IMG/VR virus record: IMGVR_UViG_3300042197_000370
From: a virus
Direction: 5' to 3' (one strand)
DNA: 64,000 bases
Part shown: positions 37,490 through 46,640 of the stretch, in pieces
Layout: each line of letters opens with the position of its first letter
Numbering within the stretch: the stretch's first letter is position 1
The notes under the pieces: model-generated
Told to the model about the DNA's origin: nothing
What the model saw: only the letters and a program-made list of their open reading frames with translations
The model's database searches: none
Made by a program: the position numbers and the translations under genes

Positions 37490-40400
37490 TTATAATCTTC
37501 CTACGGCTACTTCAATTACGCCGTCTATACCATCAAAATCTTGTAGTGCTTTTCCTATCACAGTACCAATATGAGGCGTTGTTGTAGGTCTAGCGTATCC
37601 ACCGCCGCCACTTATTAGCATATCACCTTTTCTAATCTTGCCGCGAACCTTACATGGTACACGACCCTGTAGTGCTATCGCTACTGGGAATTCACCAGGA
37701 CATTTTGCATTCATAGCATATGCAGGATCGGTTGAAACAACTCCTGCTACACGATTTGTAGCATCAGTTGCTAATGTTACTTCTTCACGACCGCCAAATT
37801 CTAGTACAGTGCCCGGACTATAATTCTCGTCAGCACTATAGTATTCTGCCAAGTCAGCATATGTTGCTTGCATTCTTGAACCACTAGTCAATGTCCAATT
37901 ACCAGTTAAATAACCTAAAGTTGTATTTGCGCCAGTTGTTATATTTGTAACTGTGAATGCACTATTACCTGTTACAGAAGTTGCACCACTAACTGTTAAA
38001 CCAGTTAATGTTCCAACTGAAGTAATATTAGGTTGTGCCGCAGTTGTTACAGTGCCAGCAGTTGTTGCTGTTCCTGCTGTAGTTGCTGAAGGTACAGTAC
38101 CTGTTACATTGGCTCCTGTCAATGCAGTCAATCCACTACCATTACCGGTAAATACGCCTGTGTTTGCTGTGATGTTTACACCAGTGATTGTACCATTTAC
38201 ACCTAAACTTGTTAGTGTGCCAACTGATGTAATGTTCGGTTGTGCTGCCGTTGTTACAGTACCGGCTGTTGTTGCACTTCCTGATACTGTGATAGTATAT
38301 GTTCCGCTTAGTCTTGCGCTAGGTACAGTACCAGTTGATAAATTACTTGCATTTAAATTAGTTAAGTTTGCGCCACTGCCTGCAAACAATGTAGAATTCA
38401 ATGTACCAGTTGTTTTATCAAATGTGAATACTCCATTACCTGCTAATGTTCCTGCATCATTGAACTGAACATATGTATTAAATCCTGCAGGTGTTACATT
38501 ACCTGCAACGTTTGCATAAGTGAACCCGCCACCAACTACTGCCGCCCAACCTGTTACTGCTGAACTAAATGTCAATGTTAATGCATTGGCATTTGTGTAA
38601 TTGATAACTGGATAATCGTAACGACCAACAAAACTATTACCTGTATTGTCGATTGGTTCTACTGTTACATACTGATTGTTTAAATTGTGTACTACAGTCC
38701 AAACAGTGCTTCCACTAGATTGTGTATGTAAATAATAGCCGCCTGTTGGATCAGTCCAACTTAATGTGCCTGACCCATTAGTCTTTAATATTTGATTTGC
38801 ACTACCGCCGGTAATTGTGACATTACCAATTGGTCCTAAATTACTTGTGCCAGAAACTCTTAGTGTACCAATGTTTGCATTGCCTGTAGTAATTAAATTA
38901 CCGCCCGTGATTGTACCTGTTGCTGTTACTGTTGCGGCAGAGACCTCATTAGATGTTACAAGATTGCCACCAGTAACATTACCAGTTGCTACTATCAATC
39001 CAGCAGTGCCTAAGTTTCCAACGTTAGCATTACCTGTTACGCTTAATGTACCAGTCAATACACCTGATGTTGCACCAATGTTACCAACATTAGCATTACC
39101 TGTAACACTAACGGTTCCTGTAAATACACCTGATGTTGCACCAATGTTACCAACATTAGCATTACCTGTTACGTTAGCAGTACCAGTAATATTTGCACCC
39201 GTGTTAGTTACAACAAGTACGTTTGCAACACCGTTTGATGATATGTTTACATTTGAATTTGCAGTAACAATAACACTACTGTTACCATTTACAATCGCTG
39301 CACCGTTGGCTGCACTTGTGCCACCAACAGTAAATGAGCCACCGGATGCGTTAGTAATTACTACGCCGGCTGGACTTGATGTGATAGTTGCATTACCTAA
39401 ATAAATTGTACTACCGGATAGATATAATGCATTCCATCTATTTGTTGTATTACCTAAATTGTATGTAACGTTAGCATTTGGATTTAAATTACCTGCAACT
39501 GTTACTTGTGTACCATTACCAAAACTTGTTAAGTTCGGTTGTGCATTACTTGCAGTAGTTAATGTTCCTGTTACAAAATTTGCAGTTGCTAAGTTACCTA
39601 AGTTTGCATTTAATGATGTGATGTTTCCAGTGAACACACCTACTGTTGCACCGACGTTTCCAAAGTTAGCATTTGCAGTAACAGACAAGTTACCAGTAAG
39701 TGCTAAGTTACTTGATAGTACATTAAATGACAACGCACTGTTGACACCTAATGCTTGATTACTTGTAGAAGTGCTTGATACAAATACAGGATAGAATGTA
39801 CCTGTTGTTTGCGCAGTTACTACGTTGAAATCACTCACGTTTGCATATGAAACGTTTAAGTTTGCTACACGGTCTGTACTTGATACTACTAAAGGTGCTC
39901 CTGATCCACTAGTAATGTTTGAAAAAATTCTTGTCGCTGTTATTACACCTGTGGCGTTTAAATTACCTACGTTAGCATTGCCGTTAACTGTAAGTATCTT
40001 AGGATTTGCTCCAGTATTATTATTCCATGTAAAATCTGCGTCAGCATCTAATAAGTTGCTGTTATTGAATTGTACTGTAGAGTTTGAACCGGCTGCGTTA
40101 GCGACACCGCTACCACCTACCGCACAAATAACTCTACCACCTGTAGCATACACATTACATGTACCACTAGCAGTAGTGAGTGTTAATTCAGTACCACCAG
40201 CAGTTAACGAAATTGTCATCTGCGTACCAGAAACAATATTCTTAACGTAGTATGTTTCACCAGCAATAATGCCACCAAACGTTGTTCCAATAAATTTAAT
40301 TGGATCGTTAGCAGTGAATGAACTAGTATCACCAACTGTTACATAATTGGTCGATGCAGTTGTATCGGTTACGCTAGTATATGCATATGCTGTGTAACCT

Positions 40401-41041
40401 GTACTATCTAATGCAGTTGTAAGGCTAGAGTCTGTAAATAACGCAAATGAATTAGAAGTTATAATATCAATATAGTAACTATTTCCATTTAATTCCGTCA
40501 TACCTAAAGCATCGGTTATAGTTATTTCTGCGCCTTCTATTAAAAAGTTATTCTCGGTGGTTGTTACTACTGTTAGGTTGCCAGGCGCACCGTTACCAAT
40601 AGTAACGTTTTCAATAAATGCGATAATAGTAGATTTAGGAGTCCAACTTAGATTACCGGTTCCATCAGTCTCTAATACATAACCAATTGAGCCGCCGGTA
40701 ATCTTAATATTAGATACATTACCTAATGTCAGTAAACCTCCTGCATTGCCACCACGATTGACCCAGTTATTACCATCAAAGGCAAGAACTTGACCATTAG
40801 ATCCGACCGCAGTATTTGATGTAATGCTTATGTCTAGATTTCCATAAGCACCATTAATCTGATTAAAATCGACTTCAGAATATGAAGTTAAAACTTCAAT
40901 ATTCTCTAACCCTTGTTCGGTTTTACCGATAAACAGGCGCTTTTCGTCAGATGCGAAACCGAATTCCGCTTCATCAAGTTGTGGAAGATCGACTAGATTG
41001 CCTGATCGTTGTTGGATTTTTGATATCTGTACTATAGCCAT
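37490..41041 (-). CDS. Tail fibre/spike (1183 aa) with Mtd-N-like start and peptidase-G2-like chaperone C-terminus
   Basis: MAIVQISKIQQRSG..LPQL..AEFG; C-terminal ADLAEYY..VAGVVSTDPAYAMN..ALQGRVPCKV..GDML..VIGKAL. Confidence 0.82.
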   Translation of the reverse strand: MAIVQISKIQQRSGNLVDLPQLDEAEFGFASDEKRLFIGKTEQGLENIEVLTSYSEVDFNQINGAYGNLDISITSNTAVGSNGQVLAFDGNNWVNRGGNAGGLLTLGNVSNIKITGGSIGYVLETDGTGNLSWTPKSTIIAFIENVTIGNGAPGNLTVVTTTENNFLIEGAEITITDALGMTELNGNSYYIDIITSNSFALFTDSSLTTALDSTGYTAYAYTSVTDTTASTNYVTVGDTSSFTANDPIKFIGTTFGGIIAGETYYVKNIVSGTQMTISLTAGGTELTLTTASGTCNVYATGGRVICAVGGSGVANAAGSNSTVQFNNSNLLDADADFTWNNNTGANPKILTVNGNANVGNLNATGVITATRIFSNITSGSGAPLVVSSTDRVANLNVSYANVSDFNVVTAQTTGTFYPVFVSSTSTSNQALGVNSALSFNVLSSNLALTGNLSVTANANFGNVGATVGVFTGNITSLNANLGNLATANFVTGTLTTASNAQPNLTSFGNGTQVTVAGNLNPNANVTYNLGNTTNRWNALYLSGSTIYLGNATITSSPAGVVITNASGGSFTVGGTSAANGAAIVNGNSSVIVTANSNVNISSNGVANVLVVTNTGANITGTANVTGNANVGNIGATSGVFTGTVSVTGNANVGNIGATSGVLTGTLSVTGNANVGNLGTAGLIVATGNVTGGNLVTSNEVSAATVTATGTITGGNLITTGNANIGTLRVSGTSNLGPIGNVTITGGSANQILKTNGSGTLSWTDPTGGYYLHTQSSGSTVWTVVHNLNNQYVTVEPIDNTGNSFVGRYDYPVINYTNANALTLTFSSAVTGWAAVVGGGFTYANVAGNVTPAGFNTYVQFNDAGTLAGNGVFTFDKTTGTLNSTLFAGSGANLTNLNASNLSTGTVPSARLSGTYTITVSGSATTAGTVTTAAQPNITSVGTLTSLGVNGTITGVNITANTGVFTGNGSGLTALTGANVTGTVPSATTAGTATTAGTVTTAAQPNITSVGTLTGLTVSGATSVTGNSAFTVTNITTGANTTLGYLTGNWTLTSGSRMQATYADLAEYYSADENYSPGTVLEFGGREEVTLATDATNRVAGVVSTDPAYAMNAKCPGEFPVAIALQGRVPCKVRGKIRKGDMLISGGGGYARPTTTPHIGTVIGKALQDFDGIDGVIEVAVGRL
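39025..39169 (-). repeat. 66-bp tandem coding repeat (~2.5 copies)
   Basis: Identical 47-nt blocks at 39057-39103 and 39123-39169 (VTGNANVGNIGATSGV). Confidence 0.9.
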
Positions 41042-41095
41042 AAGATGTAACTTTTAGAATATTACATCTATTTATGCTTTTTACAGATTAAAGGG

Positions 41096-41782
41096 TCATA
41101 CAAATTTGCTGTAGTATTGCTCTAGTCTTTGGTACCAAACTTTGGTCCAATGATCAAATTCTGATCCTTCGACAATAAACTCTTGGTATACATTATCTGC
41201 GGTACACATGAAAATAACGCCCTTACGTATATCAGTTTTATACATTTCGTTATGGGCCGCTGCATATGCGGCTAATTGAATGAAATAGTCATCAATCCAT
41301 TCTTTTTTCTTTAATTTGTTGCTTTGTTTATGGTCCATAATCGCAGGACTTCCGTCATGAACACCTACTAGATCAGTCGTTCCTGCATAGACCTCAGGGA
41401 AATATAGACTAACTTCTGTTCCCCAAAACTCATTACACTTACTAAGTCCCTGAGTAATGATGCTATGAGCCATTTGATGACTTTGTAGACTGTATGGATT
41501 ACTACCGGGTTCCCCCGTTGAGCCAGTCTTTACATAGTTTTCTAACCACTTGTGCATTCGTGTACCACGCCCTGCGGCTTCAGTAGTGATTGCTTGTGCC
41601 TGTTGTTCACCTACACGCTTACGCCATTCACGCAATGCTTGTTTCTTTTCTTCTGATTTAGTTGCATCAAGTATTGTTGTTACACTTGGTACTCTGAAAC
41701 CATCAGGAGTTACATATTTTCTAGAGCCGTCAATTGTTTCTTTTTTGAGTTCTAAGTAATTGAATTTATTAGGATTGTACAT
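41096..41782 (-). CDS. PD-(D/E)xK exonuclease (Cas4/MGME1-like)
   Basis: RVPSVTTIL, RGTRMH, YAGTTDLV, IMDHKQS, QLAAYA; start at MYNPNK. Confidence 0.88.
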   Translation of the reverse strand: MYNPNKFNYLELKKETIDGSRKYVTPDGFRVPSVTTILDATKSEEKKQALREWRKRVGEQQAQAITTEAAGRGTRMHKWLENYVKTGSTGEPGSNPYSLQSHQMAHSIITQGLSKCNEFWGTEVSLYFPEVYAGTTDLVGVHDGSPAIMDHKQSNKLKKKEWIDDYFIQLAAYAAAHNEMYKTDIRKGVIFMCTADNVYQEFIVEGSEFDHWTKVWYQRLEQYYSKFV

Positions 41783-42563
41783 TATTAATTTCTTTTTGAT
41801 ACCATAGATTATAAGACCATACATCATGCGTAGGTGAACTGTCTATGTTTTTCACATATGTTTTTAAGTCTACATAATCACATGTTACAGGAATTATTTT
41901 TTCGAATTTCTTTAACATTGTATCGTAACAATAATTTGCTACAATTTGTTGTGCCTCTAAGCCGTCATGATTACATTCTGTTAATGGAAAACCCTTAGTC
42001 AAATGATAAAAATCTTCAATTCTGTTTTCGTCATCATGGACAGCAGAAAATAAAGTAGGATAATTATTCTTTATCATGGTTAATGATTGCTGATGATCTA
42101 CCATATAACTAGTAGTGAAATAAGAAACATTATTTGCCTTAAACATATTAATGATTGATAACCAATGCATTAACTTACGGCGTTCCATAAAGTAAACACC
42201 ATTAGTATCAATGTGTTCATAGATTGCACGTTCAATTGGTTCGTCACCGTAACATGCTAATGTTCTAAAATCACCTACTGTTGTACCCTTGTATTCTGCC
42301 AAATATTCTTCTCTACGTAATGCTTGAGAAAACGCTACAATAAAAAAGGGTTTTGAGTTAGTTGTTTTATTAAGATAATAATATTCAGTTGCTCGTCTGT
42401 AGATTGAATCATTACCAGAACCCATTATTCCCAAATTAACAACAGGAACGTTAAGTTTTTGTGCTAGTAATGCTGGCCAACCCTGTGTTGTTGGATCTTC
42501 TAAACCTTGACAATATGTGTAACTGCAACCTATAGTAACTAAATGTGATATTTCTAATGCCAT
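41769..42563 (-). CDS. SGNH-hydrolase-like protein (GCS variant)
   Basis: TIGCSYTY, WPALLAQKL..VVNLGIMGSGN, HDGLEAQ; start at MALEIS. Confidence 0.7.
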   Translation of the reverse strand: MALEISHLVTIGCSYTYCQGLEDPTTQGWPALLAQKLNVPVVNLGIMGSGNDSIYRRATEYYYLNKTTNSKPFFIVAFSQALRREEYLAEYKGTTVGDFRTLACYGDEPIERAIYEHIDTNGVYFMERRKLMHWLSIINMFKANNVSYFTTSYMVDHQQSLTMIKNNYPTLFSAVHDDENRIEDFYHLTKGFPLTECNHDGLEAQQIVANYCYDTMLKKFEKIIPVTCDYVDLKTYVKNIDSSPTHDVWSYNLWYQKEINNVQS

Positions 42564-42564
42564 G

Positions 42565-42891
42565 TTATACTCTGAAACTTTCTCCGCATCCACAACGATC
42601 TTTTTCGTTTGGATTTAAAAATTCAAAACCTTCGTTAAGGCCTTTCTTTTGATAATCCATAGTACATCCGTTTAGATATGGCAGTGATCTACCATCTATC
42701 CAAACTTTTACACCGTATGATTCATGTACGAATTGGTCACGTGTAACAGGAGCAACATCAACATATTCTAATGTGTATGCTAGACCACTGCATCCAGTAG
42801 TCTTTACTCCAACACGTATCCCTAAACCCTTACCACGTTTATCTAATTGTTGTTGTATTTTGGTTGCAGCGGTTTCTGTAAGTGATATCAT
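42565..42891 (-). CDS. iscA: IscA/HesB A-type Fe-S carrier
   Basis: [30 protein letters not shown]. Confidence 0.95.
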   Translation of the reverse strand: MISLTETAATKIQQQLDKRGKGLGIRVGVKTTGCSGLAYTLEYVDVAPVTRDQFVHESYGVKVWIDGRSLPYLNGCTMDYQKKGLNEGFEFLNPNEKDRCGCGESFRV

Positions 42892-42909
42892 ACAAATATT
42901 TATTTGATT

Positions 42910-42942
42910 GAATAGTGTAACACTATTCTTAGTGAAAGTCAA
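42910..42942 (-). promoter_or_regulatory. sigma70-type promoter with a 9-1-9 palindrome over the -10 box
   Basis: TTGACT-N17-TACACT; GAATAGTGT-A-ACACTATTC at 42910-42928. Confidence 0.6.
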
Positions 42943-42943
42943 A

Positions 42944-43273
42944 TTATTGGGTAGGCATTGCAGATTGTGCCATCTGCGCTACTACCTGTTTACTTTGGTC
43001 TTGTGGCATTTCAGTTGATGACGCCTGACCTTTAAACACAACCTTGTCACCTTGAATGTTAGATATAACATTTTTTAGTGGAGGTTGCTTAATCATATTA
43101 TACAAGTCTTTTGGATCAAGTATGATATCATATCTTTGAAAATAATCTAATAACTTATCCAATGACCAATTAGGTTGGATTTTACCGTTATCCAAATCCG
43201 TTTTTAATTGGTCAGTGGCTGCAACTATTTTTGTTGCTAGTGCGTTTTGTTCGTCAAATTCAAAGAGGCGCAT
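42944..43273 (-). CDS. Conserved head-associated hypothetical protein
   Basis: MRLFEF N-terminus (L-x-E site). Confidence 0.6.
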   Translation of the reverse strand: MRLFEFDEQNALATKIVAATDQLKTDLDNGKIQPNWSLDKLLDYFQRYDIILDPKDLYNMIKQPPLKNVISNIQGDKVVFKGQASSTEMPQDQSKQVVAQMAQSAMPTQ

Positions 43274-43276
43274 GAA

Positions 43277-44002
43277 TTACCTCTTTGCACGACCTACCCC
43301 GCCCATTGGTGCTGCCTCAGGTTCTTCTGCAGGGGCAGCGGCTGCACCTTCATCACCTGCCATTGGAGGTATTGCTGGTTCAACTTCAGTTGCACTTGCA
43401 TCTACTGAAACTTCTTCTTCACCTGGAGCAGGCATACCGCCGGCTGCCGCACCAAATGCATCAGCAGCAGGTGCACCACCTGTCAATGTATCTCTAGCAG
43501 CCTTCATCTGTGTGAATGCTTCTTTTAATGCGGCACTTAAAGCATCTAATTGACCAGATACTAACTCGTTATAACCTTGTGCCTCAGTAACACCAATCTC
43601 TGATTCAATGCTATCAACAAGAGCAGGAAGTTCTTTAACTTGCATTTGACCGATATCTTCAAGCATTTTCTGTACTGTGTCTACCATGTCTTGTGCGGCA
43701 AGAACAACTTGTGACTTTTCAACTTCTTCGTTCTCTACAACAATACGTGTAGGTGTTTTCATCAACTCTTGGAAGTGTTGACGTAATGCTTGTTCCATAA
43801 ACACTAACTTCATGTAAGGAGCACTACCTTGATTCTTATAAAAGTCAGGTGACTTCTGTGCTTCTTGCATTAGTGAAGAAACTCTATTAAGCATTGTTTT
43901 TGTTTTAATCTTATCTAACTTTGAGGTGTTAATACTCATCTCAAAGTTTTCTTTCAATGCTGTAGTAGCATAGTTCTTGTGTTCTAAATCTGTTAGTCTC
44001 AT
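43277..44002 (-). CDS. Conserved prohead core-like protein
   Basis: VVENEEVEKSQVVLAAQDMVD helical core; A/E/P-rich tail; TAAATA at 44029-44034. Confidence 0.55.
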   Translation of the reverse strand: MRLTDLEHKNYATTALKENFEMSINTSKLDKIKTKTMLNRVSSLMQEAQKSPDFYKNQGSAPYMKLVFMEQALRQHFQELMKTPTRIVVENEEVEKSQVVLAAQDMVDTVQKMLEDIGQMQVKELPALVDSIESEIGVTEAQGYNELVSGQLDALSAALKEAFTQMKAARDTLTGGAPAADAFGAAAGGMPAPGEEEVSVDASATEVEPAIPPMAGDEGAAAAPAEEPEAAPMGGVGRAKR

Positions 44003-44048
44003 AGTATGTTTTTCCAGTCCTGATATAGTATTTATCTAAATCCTATAA

Positions 44049-44522
44049 TTATTTAGGTTGTGTATTGGTGAACTTACTGCTCTGCCAATGTCTAGATATA
44101 TTTATATAGTTATTAATCTCATTAACCATTGCTGTTCTCTTACGCTTACCCTCTTGTAATTTGGCTAAAAAGATAAGTTTAGTATCATTATCCTTTGCTT
44201 TACCAAGCAATTTTTTCTGTTGGGCTATTATTAAGTCCAAACTGCTTATAAGCAAATCAAGTTCTTCAATACGTTTAGTTTCGGTAATCTTCTTGTACTT
44301 ATCGAATATGCACCATGTAAAAGCATTCTTTTTAGATGAGAATATATGCTCTTCCGTAACTGTTAATGGGATGACTTTAAAGACTCCTGAAGGATGTGGT
44401 TCAACCCGATATTTGTTAAAGAGTTCATAACTTCCGTCCTCGCAATCAACTATAAAAACTTCAGATAATTCTGAGTTTAGTTGTTTGGCTAAAAACTTCT
44501 CTATTTTCTTTTGGTCTATCAT
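44049..44522 (-). CDS. Hypothetical protein
   Basis: 157-aa ORF. Confidence 0.75.
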   Translation of the reverse strand: MIDQKKIEKFLAKQLNSELSEVFIVDCEDGSYELFNKYRVEPHPSGVFKVIPLTVTEEHIFSSKKNAFTWCIFDKYKKITETKRIEELDLLISSLDLIIAQQKKLLGKAKDNDTKLIFLAKLQEGKRKRTAMVNEINNYINISRHWQSSKFTNTQPK

Positions 44523-44968
44523 AATAGTTTAAAGTATATATTCCTTAATTCGGGTGACGTATCTAAAAATGTAGGGAGTTGACTCCATTCAGTGCCGCAT
44601 TTAATCATGGGTATACCTTCACAGTCATTATATAGTGCGCCCAATTCTTCTATACCATTTTCAAATACACTAGAATGCTGAACCTCAAACTCAAATTTCC
44701 ATGTGGGGTAGGTTTCATCTTCTTGCTGTTGATATAGAAAACCAAAGTTTTCAAATTCATCAAACCTAACATCTGTCCTAATCGGGGGTGATACTATTTC
44801 AGGCTGTGATCTTAATGATATGGCCTGTAATACTGTATCGAAATTCGATTGTGTGTTTCTATTATGCAACCACTGTTTAGGATCCGCATCTATAGGTGGT
44901 TTAGCCCTGTTAGGTACTCCAGTGTTTGTAATATCAAATAACGTATAACAGCATATTCTGTGGGGCAT
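44519..44968 (-). CDS. Conserved hypothetical protein
   Basis: 149-aa ORF with TAAATA-N4-ATG. Confidence 0.75.
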   Translation of the reverse strand: MPHRICCYTLFDITNTGVPNRAKPPIDADPKQWLHNRNTQSNFDTVLQAISLRSQPEIVSPPIRTDVRFDEFENFGFLYQQQEDETYPTWKFEFEVQHSSVFENGIEELGALYNDCEGIPMIKCGTEWSQLPTFLDTSPELRNIYFKLL

Positions 44969-44985
44969 GCTGTATTTAGAGAGGT

Positions 44986-45013
44986 AAAAAAACCCGAGAA
45001 TAAATCTCGGGTT
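44986..45013 (-). terminator. Intrinsic terminator
   Basis: AACCCGAGA-loop-TCTCGGGTT plus T-run on the minus strand. Confidence 0.85.
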
Positions 45014-45036
45014 CTTTATATCAACTCAAACTAAAA

Positions 45037-45408
45037 TTAGTTTGTGAATGTTGCTGTTGCGGTAACTGTTGATGAACCACCTGTTGCGGCGTCAACTGCG
45101 GCTTCAAGGCTAGCTGTAGTCCAACCACCTGTTGGATATACAGCAAGTGCCAATGTGTCAGTTGTTGTGTCAGTGAATTCATAGATATGAATTGTTGCTA
45201 ACTGCTCAACTGTTTGGATTACTTGTGAAGCAATAGTTGTATTTGCCGCAACGTCTGCTAACTCGATTGTGAAGAAATCAAGTTTTGGACCTTGAGGTTG
45301 AACTGTCAATGCTGAAGAAACAGCGTTAACGCCTGAGTTTGTGTAGTCAGGCTGGTCAAGCCACATAACTGGTTTTAAGTCACCATTAACTCTTGTAAAT
45401 TGTGCCAT
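45037..45408 (-). CDS. Small virion protein (possible capsid decoration)
   Basis: Own late promoter, SD and terminator, suggesting a highly expressed monocistron. Confidence 0.55.
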   Translation of the reverse strand: MAQFTRVNGDLKPVMWLDQPDYTNSGVNAVSSALTVQPQGPKLDFFTIELADVAANTTIASQVIQTVEQLATIHIYEFTDTTTDTLALAVYPTGGWTTASLEAAVDAATGGSSTVTATATFTN

Positions 45409-45491
45409 TTTATTTTTCCTTTAGTTAGTTTGAACCCCGTGAGGTTCATACTATTATTTATGCCTGATCCAAAAAAATGCTGGATTAGGTA

Positions 45492-46640
45492 TTAACGGCC
45501 GGCTAAATTTTGGCGACTAAAGCCCATACGATCTACAAATTTAAGACCCTGGGCAACGAATCCTTCTTGGGTTTCAGTACCGTCTTGTAAGTAACCCTTA
45601 ACAGGGCTAGACTTTGCAGCCTGATCTAACTGCTTTACAACATTCATTTTGAGATTGTAAATAGCGATCCATATAGTAAATGCCCCTAGTAACCCTTCAG
45701 CATTCTCAGCAAAGTGCTTATCTATCTTTGCTCTCATGCTATCTGTCATAGGTCTTGACGCAACATAATCTTTAAAGCCATCAAGTAAATTGCTTAGATC
45801 ACCTGACACTATACGCTTATTAATATATGTAGTGAATAGTTGATTAAACGTATTACGTGCCTGAGGGGCAGTAGTCATCAACTGCTGTACTGCTCCTCCG
45901 TATTGGTTGATTGCTTTTTTGACTTCGTTCACTAGACCTGCATCTAGTTTAAGTTTAGGAGTTATAGGCATCTTACTAGGAACTATAGCGATATTGCTAT
46001 TATTCTGTAACTTGCCTATAGTTCCGTTCAACGGAGTCGCTTGATCGGTTGAGGCAGCGTCAGCGGGTATGAATTGGTGTACTGCAATACCAGCAGTCTT
46101 ACCCTTCATTAATTTGCCAACTTCACTATTAGGATCCACTGTGTATGTTATACCGTTAGGGTTAGCCCTAAAGGTATATACACCGTCTTTTTCTTCTAAT
46201 GGTTGGCTAAACAATAAGTCGCCCCAATAGAATCCTTTACCTTTATCTGCCTTCTCAAGCCCAGGCCATATTTCAGCAATCAACTGGTGTAAACCTGTAC
46301 GGTCTACTCCACGTGCCTGATCGTATTGAATAAACTGTTCGGGACTAAACACTTGTCTGCCCGTACCGTCTTTCTTGTTAAACATATGTTTGTCCATGAT
46401 GGAAAACTTACCGTTTACCCCACGTCCAAATATCAATGCAGGATACCCGTCCCACTTAATAGTAACTGTATCAGGTGTCTTGACAGTTTTCTGTATTGCA
46501 TCTAACGCACGATTTGCACCCTGTAAGTCACCTAAGAACACCAAATCTTCAGGATGGTCTAGGTGACCCTTATCTTCAGTAACGATTTCTAGGGCACTAA
46601 TCTTACGTGCTAATGCTGATAGGCTTTCTGCTAAGTTCAT
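45492..46640 (-). CDS. Conserved protein with ligase-like KxDG motif (DUF6267-like)
   Basis: HLDHPED, TIKWDGYPA, YWGDLLF, EGFV, LKFVDR. Confidence 0.6.
   Translation of the reverse strand: MNLAESLSALARKISALEIVTEDKGHLDHPEDLVFLGDLQGANRALDAIQKTVKTPDTVTIKWDGYPALIFGRGVNGKFSIMDKHMFNKKDGTGRQVFSPEQFIQYDQARGVDRTGLHQLIAEIWPGLEKADKGKGFYWGDLLFSQPLEEKDGVYTFRANPNGITYTVDPNSEVGKLMKGKTAGIAVHQFIPADAASTDQATPLNGTIGKLQNNSNIAIVPSKMPITPKLKLDAGLVNEVKKAINQYGGAVQQLMTTAPQARNTFNQLFTTYINKRIVSGDLSNLLDGFKDYVASRPMTDSMRAKIDKHFAENAEGLLGAFTIWIAIYNLKMNVVKQLDQAAKSSPVKGYLQDGTETQEGFVAQGLKFVDRMGFSRQNLAGR

Noticed and set aside
6288-40250. Long plus-strand ORFs antisense to fibre and baseplate genes (e.g. 7773-8159, 11793-12173, 37953-38468, 38817-39404)
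   Set aside because: They are shadows of G/N/T/A-rich repetitive codons and lack promoters, SDs or recognisable motifs.
37490-41041. Diversity-generating retroelement targeting the Mtd-N-like fibre
   Set aside because: No reverse transcriptase and no adenine-specific TR/VR repeat pair in the window; the C-terminus looks like a chaperone/peptidase domain.
41096-41782. CRISPR-associated Cas4
   Set aside because: No Cas operon or array, and no Fe-S cysteines; a generic phage PD-(D/E)xK exonuclease.
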